NCBI GenBank assembly: GCA_047651235.1
Contig: CP178758.1
Location: forward strand, 2,220,001 to 2,252,000
Direction of reading: 5' to 3'
DNA length: 32,000 nucleotides
DNA from: Candidatus Electrothrix yaqonensis
Lineage (GTDB): Bacteria > Desulfobacterota > Desulfobulbia > Desulfobulbales > Desulfobulbaceae
The stretch's first letter is position 1, and each line of letters begins with the position of its first letter. Positions 8,797 to 17,346 of this stretch are shown piece by piece. The position numbers were made by a program, and so were the translations under genes. Below the pieces are notes generated by a model. That model was not told the origin of the DNA. It made no database searches and saw only the letters and a list, made by a program, of their open reading frames with translations.

Positions 8797-9768
8797 TCAA
8801 AAATGCACAAACCAGCGCAAATAATAGCGATCAGCAGCCACGCCAAAGATATCCTCCTCATCTCCGTAATAGATGAAGGCTCCGGCACCGAGGGTCATCT
8901 CATTGCTCAGGCTGTATTCCACAGATGGGGCGAGAAAGCCTGATTTGTCGTCGAAACTGGTGACCGTGAGCAGGCTGCATGTCCAGAGCATGGCGGGCTG
9001 ATAGCTCACTATGCCGCCCAGAGAATCGCCCTCGTCCTCATCGAAAAATCTGTATTCAGCGAGCAGGTTCAGGGAGTTGGCAAAGCCGTACTCCGCGCCG
9101 ACAATAAACTCGGTGTGCCGTTCGCCGCTGAAGCGGTCGTGGAAACTGCCGCCTTCGCTGCGCAGCTCGATCCCGGTGTCCATAAGCTGGCCTTCCAGCT
9201 CCCAGCCGATAATATCCCGGTCATGGTCTTCATCCCACAGCCCAACCAGAGCGGCATCACCGTATTCCAGAAAGCCCTTGAGCCGCACTGCCGCTTTATC
9301 GCGGGCCAGGGTGGCATCCAGATTGGACAGCCCGCTCAGGGCGTATTCGTAGCGGAGGGATTCCGTGCCGACCCGTTCGTCCGGTTCGACGGCCTCGGAA
9401 TCCACCGGATTGAACAGATCAATGGGATTCCAGATCCGGCCCACGCCCAGCGGGATACGCTGTCTGCCAGCGGACCAGAAATGCTCTGCCCCCCTGTACT
9501 GGACATAGGCCCGATAGACGGAGGTTTTGTTCCGCAGGCTGTCCGGGCTGGCAGTGTAGCGGGTTTTGTTGTCCACAATGACCTTGCCGATAACGTCCGG
9601 ATATTTTTCGTGAGATAGCGAGAGGTCTGCCCGCAGCCGGTTGAAATCGGCGGTATACTGCGCCTGATCATAGCTGAGGATATTAGTGTTTTCCAGGCCA
9701 AGCTCCGGGCTGATCCCCAGCAGACCCACCGCCAGCAGCTTATGGAACCTGTCAATGAATGCGCTCAT
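8797..9768 (-). CDS. putative outer-membrane beta-barrel protein linked to the ABC transporter
   Basis: Alternating beta-strand-like pattern and an OMP-style C-terminus ...YYLRWFVHF. Overlaps the upstream ATPase gene by 17 nt, which suggests an operon. The N-terminal signal is weak. Confidence 0.5.
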   Translation of the reverse strand: MSAFIDRFHKLLAVGLLGISPELGLENTNILSYDQAQYTADFNRLRADLSLSHEKYPDVIGKVIVDNKTRYTASPDSLRNKTSVYRAYVQYRGAEHFWSAGRQRIPLGVGRIWNPIDLFNPVDSEAVEPDERVGTESLRYEYALSGLSNLDATLARDKAAVRLKGFLEYGDAALVGLWDEDHDRDIIGWELEGQLMDTGIELRSEGGSFHDRFSGERHTEFIVGAEYGFANSLNLLAEYRFFDEDEGDSLGGIVSYQPAMLWTCSLLTVTSFDDKSGFLAPSVEYSLSNEMTLGAGAFIYYGDEEDIFGVAADRYYLRWFVHF

Positions 9769-10444
9769 CAGAAATAACTTCCCCGTCTTTCAGAACGATT
9801 GAATGCCTAGCCTTGCCGATGACCAGCGGGTCATGCGAGGAAAAGATGATGGTCACGCCCTCATCTTCGTTGAGCCGTTCCATCATGTCCATGAGCGAGG
9901 CCGCAGTTTTGGAATCCAGATTGGCGGTCGGTTCATCGGCGAGAATCAGCTTGGGCGTTGCCGCCACGGCACGGGCCACGGCCACCCGCTGCTGCTGACC
10001 GCCGCTGAGCTGACCGGGTAGTTTTTCAAGCAGGGTATCGATCTCCAGTTTGCGGGCTACCTCCGTCACCCGGGTATCGCATTCTTCCCGGCTTCGCCCC
10101 TGCAGTTGCATGATGTATTCGATGTTCTCCCTGGCCGTGAGCACCGGGATGAGGTTATAGGCCTGAAAGACAAAGCCGATCTGATCACGGCGGATTACAG
10201 AAAGCTTTTTTTCCGCTCTGCCGGTCAGCTGCTCCCCGGTCAGGAAGACCTGTCCTTCAGTGGCGTCATCCAGGCAACCGATGATGTTGAGCAGGGTAGT
10301 CTTACCGCTACCTGAGGGGCCGGAGAGCACGGCGAAATCCCCTTCCCTGATCGTCAGGTTGATATTGCGCAAAGCCGCTACCTCCACCTCCTTGTCAGGG
10401 CGGAAGGTCTTGCTGACCTGTTGCACTTGAAGAAAATTGGACAT
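9752..10444 (-). CDS. ABC transporter ATP-binding protein (LolD/MacB-type)
   Basis: Walker A GPSGSGKTT, signature LSGGQQQRVAVARA, Walker B LILADEPT. Confidence 0.9.
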   Translation of the reverse strand: MSNFLQVQQVSKTFRPDKEVEVAALRNINLTIREGDFAVLSGPSGSGKTTLLNIIGCLDDATEGQVFLTGEQLTGRAEKKLSVIRRDQIGFVFQAYNLIPVLTARENIEYIMQLQGRSREECDTRVTEVARKLEIDTLLEKLPGQLSGGQQQRVAVARAVAATPKLILADEPTANLDSKTAASLMDMMERLNEDEGVTIIFSSHDPLVIGKARHSIVLKDGEVISDERIH

Positions 10445-10481
10445 ATGCCTGTTCCTCTGTAATATTTGCTGATTTTGCTAA

Positions 10482-10724
10482 ACAGCGATTTCTTGCCTTT
10501 GTCCAGCAACCGTTGCACGAAATGTCCCGCTCTGGATCGACAGGGCCGGATTCCAGCCGCTTGCTGTGAGCCCGGAACATGCCCAGCTTACCGGAGAATG
10601 GAAAATGGCGTATCGTGACCCCTTTGACCGGATGCTTACTGCCCAGGCAAAACTGGAACAGCTTGTCCTGGCAACTGTTGACCGTGCTCTGTCTGACTTT
10701 CCTGTCCGGATCATGAAAGAATAA
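10482..10724 (+). pseudogene. 3' remnant of a PIN-domain (VapC-like) toxin gene
   Basis: Not in the ORF track because it has no start codon. Frame 3 reads ...NVPLWIDRAGFQPLAVSPEHAQLTGEWKMAYRDPFDRMLTAQAKLEQLVLATVDRALSDFPVRIMKE*. The RDPFDR..AQA...L.T.D pattern is the typical C-terminus of PIN toxins. Confidence 0.55.
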
Positions 10725-10740
10725 GCAGAGCCTACCCGGA

Positions 10741-10794
10741 TTTTCTCTACCTTTTTAATTTTCTCTACCTTTTTAATTTTCTCTACCTTTTTAT
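10741..10794. repeat. 3 x 18-bp tandem repeat (ttttctctacctttttaa)
   Basis: Two perfect copies and a third matching 17/18. The third copy overlaps the stop codon of the permease gene. Confidence 0.9.
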
Positions 10795-12029
10795 ATACTG
10801 TTGATCGCCTCGATCGGTTTTGCCTTTTTCAGAATCCGCAGCGGAATGACTATGCTCAACAAAGTGGCCAGGATCACCGCGACCAAGGCAGTGGTAAAAT
10901 AACTGGGCCGAATCAGGGCATAGGTGACCGCATCCATGCCGAATTCCTCAAATGCCTCGTTGAACATGGTCAGGTCAAGGCCATACACCTTAAAGTACAA
11001 CAGGGTGCAGAAACCGGCCAGCCCGCCTGCGCTGAAACCGATAAAACCGAGGAAAAAAGATTCTGCCAGGATAATACTGCCGATTTGCCGGAAAGGGGTG
11101 CCGATGGCCAGCATGATGCCGAATTCCCGCAGCCGCTCCAGGACCGAGACCAGCATAACCCCAAAAATCCCCAGTGCAGCCACGCAGAAGATGAGCAGGT
11201 TGGTGACCAAATTAAATCCCTTCATGATCACCCGTGACTGGAGCAGGGCCGGGTAGAGTTCATCCCAGCGCAGTACGTCAAGGTCGGGGAATCTGCGGCG
11301 CAACTCCTTCTGGAGCGCTGCAATCTGTCCGTCATCGCGGACTATGACTGCAACCTGACTGACCCCCTCCTCCACAGCCAGCATCTTACGCATCTGCTGT
11401 TCACTGAGCAGAACCGCGTTTTCATCCAGAGCTAAATTATTGGTCTTGAGGATTCCGTTTACCCGAAGGGCTGCTGAGGCAACCTCGCCCCGGCTATCTT
11501 GGGCTGAGACAATAATCTTGCTGCCCGGCTGCACCTGGAGTTTTTCGGCCAGTTTATAGCCGATGATTGCCCTGCGTCCGCCTTTGCCGAGGCTGAAATC
11601 CCCCTCATACAGATAGTCCCCAAGCTGACCGTGCCGGTTTTCGGCCTCCAGGTCAAGCCCCAGCAGCGTCGTACCCCGGGAATAATGGGCTGTGGCAACC
11701 AGCCCGTCCTGCATGAGCCGCTGCACAGAGCTTTTCACCCGTGGGTCTTTGCTCAGAAAGCTGTCCAGGCCCGGAGCTGTGACCCGCCTGGAAAGATCCG
11801 GATCAGGACGGTAGCCTTTGGCAAAAATCGAGATATGACCGCTGTCGCTGCGGATGGCATTGCCGATCATCTGCTCGGTCATGCCGTCATAAATCCCTTC
11901 CATAAAGAGCAGGCCCCAGAGGCTGACCGCGATCATCAGCACCAGCAGCACGGAACGAGAGCGGCGGCGGACCAGCGAGGCCCAGGCGATTCTGGCGGTC
12001 ATTTGCAGCATGGTGTGCAGGTTCTCCAT
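10791..12029 (-). CDS. ABC transporter permease (FtsX/LolE-like)
   Basis: I start it at MENLHTMLQMTARIAWASLVRRRSRSVLLVLMIAVSLW (ATG 12029). It has the typical topology of one TM helix, a large periplasmic loop and three C-terminal TM helices. The 59-codon upstream extension is rejected. Confidence 0.85.
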   Translation of the reverse strand: MENLHTMLQMTARIAWASLVRRRSRSVLLVLMIAVSLWGLLFMEGIYDGMTEQMIGNAIRSDSGHISIFAKGYRPDPDLSRRVTAPGLDSFLSKDPRVKSSVQRLMQDGLVATAHYSRGTTLLGLDLEAENRHGQLGDYLYEGDFSLGKGGRRAIIGYKLAEKLQVQPGSKIIVSAQDSRGEVASAALRVNGILKTNNLALDENAVLLSEQQMRKMLAVEEGVSQVAVIVRDDGQIAALQKELRRRFPDLDVLRWDELYPALLQSRVIMKGFNLVTNLLIFCVAALGIFGVMLVSVLERLREFGIMLAIGTPFRQIGSIILAESFFLGFIGFSAGGLAGFCTLLYFKVYGLDLTMFNEAFEEFGMDAVTYALIRPSYFTTALVAVILATLLSIVIPLRILKKAKPIEAINSI

Positions 12030-12240
12030 ATTTTTATACCTATTCAGCCTGACGAAAAAAGCCGCTTTCGCAAAAAACGGCAGTGACCTTGCTTGAACTG
12101 CATAACAACAGAGTAATCTTAATCCGTTGCTTATGTCAAGAGTTGGAGAATGGGGGGCAGGCAGGGAAGGGGGAAGGAATGTCGTAACCCAAGAAATAAT
12201 TGTCATTCCGGCATCGGGCAGGGCGTGTCCTTACGGGTTC

Positions 12241-12399
12241 TCATGATTCCTGGCTGAACAGTTTGTTTAGCTGTTCATATAACCTGCTGGATGTTGTTTT
12301 CGATAATATCTCAGACTATCTCGTCATCAATACCAAAATATTCATGAATCAGTCTATTGCGGAATCCAGGATGTCGTTTATTTTTTTATTGACTGCCAT
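12241..12399 (-). pseudogene. HepT/DUF86 (HEPN) toxin relic with internal deletion, in-frame TGA and frameshift
   Basis: The N-terminus MAVNKKINDILDSAI abuts RNRLIHEYFGIDDEIV(TGA)DIIENNIQQ. That carries the Rx4H HEPN motif at 12338-12361. TGA at 12311-12313 sits where Trp is usual. The tail LYEQLNKLFSQES is in another frame. Confidence 0.5.
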
Positions 12400-12655
12400 T
12401 TGCTCTGATTCCCTGCGTCTCGACAAAGGAGGGGCGTCATAACCCAGGGCGCCCCGGAGTGTCATTGTGACTCTGCCTCTTTTCTTTCTTTTTTCTCATT
12501 TTTCCCCGAAAATCCCTTTTCAGCCCCTCAAAAGGGCAAAAACGGTCCGAAATTTGACCCAGGTTTCCAGAATATCACCCAAGACCTCGGGACAACAAAG
12601 AATACGTTCAATTTTTTGGTGACTGCAGGGGCAATTCCCGGTGCTCTCTTATCAC

Positions 12656-12820
12656 CTATTCTGCCGGTTTCCGTTGAACAGGCAGAGCAACAAATTTTCT
12701 CCCGCTTTTTTCTTCCTGCTGCTTCAGATCCGCAAATATCTTCCGGAGATCGTGCCCGAACATCCGAGCATATTTCCGGCGTATTTTATGCAATTCTTCA
12801 ATAATTGAATCCTTCCGCAT
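12656..12820 (-). CDS. 54-aa small protein (antitoxin-like, hypothetical)
   Basis: Sequence MRKDSIIEELHKIRRKYARMFGHDLRKIFADLKQQEEKSGRKFVALPVQRKPAE. An AAGGA-type SD precedes it. The start overlaps the end of the upstream small ORF by 23 nt. Confidence 0.5.
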   Translation of the reverse strand: MRKDSIIEELHKIRRKYARMFGHDLRKIFADLKQQEEKSGRKFVALPVQRKPAE

Positions 12821-12953
12821 CGTCCTGTCCTTCCATAAGTTCTTCCGGAGTACAGATTGTCGGCAGTTCATAGCCCTCATCGGCGCAGATGTTCTTTATC
12901 CGTTTCTGGATTTCCGCGTTGGCAAGATGTCTGCAGTTCCCGTCATAAGATAA
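12798..12953 (-). pseudogene. 5'-interrupted small ORF, partner of the 54-aa gene
   Basis: Reads LSYDGNCRHLANAEIQKRIKNICADEGYELPTICTPEELMEGQDDAEGFNY*. There is no start codon and a stop lies immediately upstream at the junction with the low-GC segment. Confidence 0.35.
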
Positions 12954-13241
12954 TCAAGCCCGTATATGCAGCAAGAGCGATATGGAGCGCATTCTTTTCT
13001 CTTTTTCATCTTGTCTCTTGTTCGACTTTTCTTCAATATGTCCACCGCAATACGATAAAAAGTCAGCTGACAGGTTGAACTCGAAAGAAAAATAAGATGC
13101 TGAAAGATGAAATAGTGACATGATAACAACATGTAATATTGAGAAAACGGATATTACCGCAGAAAGCAAGGCGAGATGAGCAAGATTCTCATTGTAAACT
13201 GCAATGAAGAATAAGAAAGCATACGACTGAGCTGAATGCAT
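12954..13241 (-). CDS. small hydrophobic protein (possibly the frameshifted continuation of 13189..13527)
   Basis: Contains 2-3 hydrophobic helices (FLFFIAVY..., ALLSAVISVFSILHVVIMSLF) and a charged tail. AT-rich. Overlaps the upstream ORF by 53 nt. Confidence 0.3.
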   Translation of the reverse strand: MHSAQSYAFLFFIAVYNENLAHLALLSAVISVFSILHVVIMSLFHLSASYFSFEFNLSADFLSYCGGHIEEKSNKRQDEKEKRMRSISLLLHIRA

Positions 13242-13527
13242 AAGAAAAATAATCTATTATAATTCCGAGTGCAAGGAATAAAGGGAATAGAATTGGGAAT
13301 AGTAAAATGCGAAAAATCCAATATACAATATCTGACATGTCTCTATCATCCTGATAAATCTCTTCAATATGTGAATACGGCCTTTTTTCATGATCTCTTT
13401 TGGCTGCAAGAAGTAGTTCATCATCGATGGTTTGTTTTTTTTCAACGTACCTGAGATGTACCTTTTCAGACGAAAATTTAATGTACACTGTATTTTGAAG
13501 AAATTTTCTTATAAACTTGAAGGGCAT
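13189..13527 (-). CDS. 112-aa protein with a soluble N-terminus and C-terminal TM helices (hypothetical)
   Basis: Starts MPFKFIRKFLQNTVYIKFSSEKVHLRYVEKK and continues to ...IVYWIFRILLFPILFPLFLALGIII. Lies in the AT-rich island. I recognise no family. Confidence 0.4.
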   Translation of the reverse strand: MPFKFIRKFLQNTVYIKFSSEKVHLRYVEKKQTIDDELLLAAKRDHEKRPYSHIEEIYQDDRDMSDIVYWIFRILLFPILFPLFLALGIIIDYFSYAFSSVVCFLILHCSLQ

Positions 13528-13671
13528 TTATTGTTTTCCGGCTGTTACGTTTTTGTTTTTAGGGAATCAGGGTCGGCAAGAGGGGATTTCAGGAGATATG
13601 ACGGGACGATATATACTTCTCTGTCCCGTTGTTATCTGTGGATCGGGTGCAGCGGCTGTATTGTACGAAAG

Positions 13672-14592
13672 TTAATTTGTTAGCTCCAACGGCTTTGAAA
13701 CAGTTGAGATAAGCAGTTCAGCAGTTGATGGCGGAAATACTCCTTGCTTAACTTTTCTGTTGAGATAGTTAGGGAAATGTTTAGGAACATAATGCTCATA
13801 AAACCATATTCTGAATTCGCCAAGAGCTTTTATAGGATACACCCACACATCGACTGGATTAACAACAGATTGAGGGAACCAGTCAGGATAAAGATGCGGG
13901 TGTTTTTGACGCGCTCCATACTCTTCGGAAAAATTATTCGCATTCCAGAATTTACCCCATATCTGGCCTACGCTTATGTCAGGTACGGTATGATCATCTA
14001 TCGGGATACCACCTTGAATCATATGGATAACAAGATCGGCCAGTTCTCTAAAAATTGAAAAATATCCAACTGGTACTTGGTCATTTAAAAGCACTCTTTC
14101 ATGAAAATTCTTCCACGAATCAGGTATAAATTTATTCGGATCGTAACCGCACCGGTTGTAAATGAAAGTGCGAAATGAAGTTCTTGCAAGTAGTCTGTAG
14201 TTCAATAAAGCAGTTTCGTTTGCACCTTGTTCTGTTTCAAATGCGTAATATTCGAGTATAGCCATGCAGACAGAATCTGTATAAGCATGTACCTCTGTAC
14301 CCTTTTGGGTTATTTGTATATACAGAGAATCGTTATTATGCCCTTGCGCGCTTAAAAGCTCAGATATCTTTTTCCCACGAGGTTTTCTTTTTTCTGAAGG
14401 CCAATTTTTCGCCAGTGACTGAAGTGTGGCGTTATGTATGCCACATATTTTTGCAAGCCCTCGCATTGTTAGATATGGTGTCCCGTCGCTTAAAACCCCC
14501 ATAGGAATCCCGTCAACTTCAGCCTCCTTTACCGGGAAAAGGTTAAGCTGTATGGGGTGCTGATCATTCTTGCCTATTGCTTTAGTATTCAT
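13672..14592 (-). CDS. 306-aa hypothetical protein with an N-terminal HTH-like segment (low-GC island cargo)
   Basis: Long clean ORF in an AT-rich segment. GTPYLTMRGLAKICGIHNATLQSLAKNW looks like a phage antirepressor-type or HTH N-terminal module. I cannot assign the Trp/Tyr/Pro-rich C-terminal half. Confidence 0.7.
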   Translation of the reverse strand: MNTKAIGKNDQHPIQLNLFPVKEAEVDGIPMGVLSDGTPYLTMRGLAKICGIHNATLQSLAKNWPSEKRKPRGKKISELLSAQGHNNDSLYIQITQKGTEVHAYTDSVCMAILEYYAFETEQGANETALLNYRLLARTSFRTFIYNRCGYDPNKFIPDSWKNFHERVLLNDQVPVGYFSIFRELADLVIHMIQGGIPIDDHTVPDISVGQIWGKFWNANNFSEEYGARQKHPHLYPDWFPQSVVNPVDVWVYPIKALGEFRIWFYEHYVPKHFPNYLNRKVKQGVFPPSTAELLISTVSKPLELTN

Positions 14593-14657
14593 TTTCCTTT
14601 AAGATAAGTTACTTGATATAATCTGTTTGTCCACCACTTTTCTTGGAAAGTAAGTCC

Positions 14658-15008
14658 CTACTCCTCCACCTTAACCTTCCTCACCCTCTTCTTCCGCTGA
14701 CTCGCCCTTGTCCCGCCGGTCATCTCGTATTCAGAAGAGTCCGGCCCGTAGGCCACCTTGACCGCCAGCCGAATCTGGACAATATAATCACTCAGCAGCT
14801 GAGCCTGTTCCCTTTTCATATTGACCAGCCGCGTCCGTTCCGCATTCAGGGCGTCCAGCTCACTGACCGCTGTATCCAGGGCAGTAATCTTTGCCTCAAG
14901 CTCGGTCACCGAGGCCCCGGCAGGCAGCCCGTCTCCGATCTTCTCCAGGGCTTCTTTCACCCTGCCTGCTTCCTGCAGCAGTTTGGGAATACTTCCGGTC
15001 AGCATCAT
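14658..15008 (-). CDS. 116-aa coiled-coil protein (hypothetical)
   Basis: Start ATGATG at 15008 is preceded by AAGGAG. Sequence MMLTGSIPKLLQEAGRVKEALEK...GPDSSEYEMTGGTRASQRKKR. The TTG-initiated 199-aa version is rejected. Confidence 0.65.
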   Translation of the reverse strand: MMLTGSIPKLLQEAGRVKEALEKIGDGLPAGASVTELEAKITALDTAVSELDALNAERTRLVNMKREQAQLLSDYIVQIRLAVKVAYGPDSSEYEMTGGTRASQRKKRVRKVKVEE

Positions 15009-15015
15009 GCGCTCC

Positions 15016-15295
15016 TTTTTCCTGTCCGCTCCGGCCCTTTGCCCGAAAGTACCGGGATATTTCTTCTTCCGCGTCCTGCATTGCTGAAAAGGCCAGCTCC
15101 TTTGTACAAACGTGCTGCTGCTTTGTTCAATCAGATAGCTGTTTTTGCTCAACGCGGCTGTCCTTTGCAGAAAATTACCTGTGCTTTTTGAAAAACAGGA
15201 CAGACTTTCAGGAAATGAAGACCTGCTTTGCCTGAAAGCCCTTGTCTGCTTGTTCAACCGGGCTGAGTAATTGCCTCAGTTTGCCGGTTCTTCGC
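15016..15295. repeat. array of ~13 degenerate 21-bp phased repeats
   Basis: Exact CTTTG occurs at 15037, 15100, 15121, 15163 and 15226, with spacings of 63, 21, 42 and 63. One-mismatch variants fill most intervening registers. Many units contain a small dyad such as TTTGTACAAA, TTTTTGAAAAA or TTTGCCTGAAA. Confidence 0.8.
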
Positions 15296-15709
15296 CCGAA
15301 TCCTGCAGCTGAAAACTGTTCTGCCTGCTGTATCTTCTATGCGAAAATCATGCCGTTTTTCCGTGTTGTTATATAAACAAGACGAATACAAAGTAACTCC
15401 GCAATTCACCGATGCGAGATATATCTTACTGATAATAATTCATATTCTCTTTCTGGGTAAACGGAAAAATAGCGGGAATTTTTTACCCGATTCTGTCCAC
15501 TGCAGTCGAAGATTTTTTACTTGATGCGATACCCGGAGAAACCCGGAATTTCAGAGGATGGGCGAGGAGAATGGGGAGAATACAGCCCGAACTTCCCGAA
15601 GCCGGGGCAGGAACAAGGCGGCAAGGAAAGTTTCCCTGTTCTCTGATCCGTTAAATGAGCGGCTCAAAGAACAGGACAGCAGAACGATTTACCGGAACAA
15701 ATTTACGGG

Positions 15710-17095
15710 TTAGAGGCAGGGCTGCGGCACCTGTATTTCTTCATCATCCAGCTTGTTGAGCAGCAGACCGGTCATGATCTTGGGATAGAAATAGGTGGAT
15801 TTATGCGGCATGATGGTGTTGCTGTCCGCCACCCTGAGCACCTGTTCAACCTGGGTGGGATTGAGGAGAAAGAGCAGCGGCGTGTGGGTATCCTGGAGCG
15901 CATTTTCCTTGACGACCGCATCAAGGGCTGCATCTGTATCGCTCAGATAGCGGACCAGCTCTTCCCGGACGCATTGCTCGTGGCTCAGGCCGAGATAGTC
16001 GTCAATGAGCAGGTCGGACAGGACAACCACATCAAGGTCTCTGAGTACTTCAGGTTGCTCCGCCAGGGCCTGGGCAGCGTTGACCGCCTGTCCGTCCACG
16101 GCAAGGAGAAAGGCCCGGTCTTCTCCGGCGTGATAGACCCCGAAGGTCAGAACACCGGCACCGCCTTCCGCCTCCTGCATCTGCTCCAGGGTTTCGGCAA
16201 TCAGGGTTTCTCTACTTCCCTGGCTGACCTCGGTGACGTGTATCCCCAAAGCCAATTTCTCCTGCAGCTGATCCGCTGTCATCACTCCCGGCCAGCGCAC
16301 CAGCCGGTGAGTGGGCAGCACGGACAGACCCTGATCCTCGCAGGCGCAGAGGTACATCATGATGTAGTTGCAGGGATGCTCCTCCGGCAGCTCGGGATTA
16401 CGGGCCAGAGCGCGTCTGCGGCAGTCCAGAGCCGTGGTGTAGCGGTGATGGCCGTCAGCGATATAAACCGATTTTTCTTTAAAAAACTGATGCACTGCAC
16501 AGAGCGCCTCTGCATCGGTTGCCCGCCAGAGGGTATGGAGATTGGCATTCTGATCCTCAATCCGGAGCAGCGGTTCCGGCTCTCGAACCTTTTCCAGTTT
16601 GCTGATCACCTCCTGTTCAGGGTCCGAGTAAATGGAAAAAACCTGACTGAACTGGGCTCTGCAGGTTTCCATGAGCTGCAGCCGGTCACTGATCACTCCG
16701 GAAAAGGTCTTTTCATGCGGCCTGACAATGCCTTCGGCAAATTCAGCCAGCCCGACCAGCCCGACAATCCCCTTGCGGGTCAGGCGGTGCCCGCCTGGAT
16801 GATTATATTCAATATAATACAGATAGATGGCAGGATGCTGGTCGCGAATCAGCACGGCTTCATCCTGCCAGGCCTCAAAGCGGGCACGGGCCTGTTCGTA
16901 GCGACCGTTATCTTCAGTCTCTCCCTGGGAAATGTTGCACAGGTCCAAGTTAATCATGGAATAGGGATTCTTTTTGACCAAGTTTTCCGCATCATCAGGT
17001 GAAATAACATCATAGGGCGGGGTAACAACGTCTTCCAGGCGGGTGATTTTCTCCAGGTTGTAACGCACACCTCGAAACGGGGCAACAACGGCCAT
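15710..17095 (-). CDS. DUF1015 family protein
   Basis: N-terminus MAVVAPFRGVRYN...VTPPYDVIS is the family signature as I recall it. GGAGAG SD upstream. Confidence 0.9.
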   Translation of the reverse strand: MAVVAPFRGVRYNLEKITRLEDVVTPPYDVISPDDAENLVKKNPYSMINLDLCNISQGETEDNGRYEQARARFEAWQDEAVLIRDQHPAIYLYYIEYNHPGGHRLTRKGIVGLVGLAEFAEGIVRPHEKTFSGVISDRLQLMETCRAQFSQVFSIYSDPEQEVISKLEKVREPEPLLRIEDQNANLHTLWRATDAEALCAVHQFFKEKSVYIADGHHRYTTALDCRRRALARNPELPEEHPCNYIMMYLCACEDQGLSVLPTHRLVRWPGVMTADQLQEKLALGIHVTEVSQGSRETLIAETLEQMQEAEGGAGVLTFGVYHAGEDRAFLLAVDGQAVNAAQALAEQPEVLRDLDVVVLSDLLIDDYLGLSHEQCVREELVRYLSDTDAALDAVVKENALQDTHTPLLFLLNPTQVEQVLRVADSNTIMPHKSTYFYPKIMTGLLLNKLDDEEIQVPQPCL

Positions 17096-17346
17096 GGGAT
17101 TCTCTCCGGATTAGGTTGGGATGTAAATGAAAATGAAAAAATATCTGCTGTTTTCCGGGCAGCCCGGAAAGCGGTCGTGGAGTGTTCCGTCATCGTCATT
17201 CAGGCGGTACTGCCTTGTTCAGGCATTGTTTACCATTATCCGGTCATGAGATGCAAGCAGGTTTTGGGGCTTTTATCTTGCGCCGGGCTGAACAGGGCCG
17301 GAAGGCCGGGAATATCAGCCTGCCGGAAATGCTGTTGGAAGGCATA

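Noticed and set aside
15009-15257. The 83-codon N-terminal extension of the 116-aa gene, with a striking 7-residue periodicity (xxxxxxF)
   Set aside because: It starts at TTG with no SD, whereas ATG 15008 has a perfect AAGGAG. The periodicity follows directly from the 21-bp DNA repeat, which keeps one frame open.
15634-15676. Inverted repeat of 12 bp (11/12 match) CCTGTTCTCTGA...TCAAAGAACAGG, 35 nt after the DUF1015 stop
   Set aside because: The 17-nt loop and the lack of a T-tract make an intrinsic terminator doubtful. No other function can be inferred from sequence alone.
15803-17002. 399-aa ORF antisense to the DUF1015 gene. Similar long antisense ORFs occur inside the ABC-F, ABC, PPIase, ECF-ATPase and TPR-like genes (for example 6092..6877, 26794..27597, 25179..25982, 19449..20198)
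   Set aside because: These are shadow ORFs on the opposite strand of confidently recognised genes. They have low-complexity, Arg/Gly/Leu-rich composition, no motifs and no SD.
17153-17169. Palindrome TTCCGGGC-A-GCCCGGAA between the DUF1015 start and IS copy A, considered as a terminator
   Set aside because: No U-tract follows the stem on either strand. It could be a protein-binding site or a coincidence.
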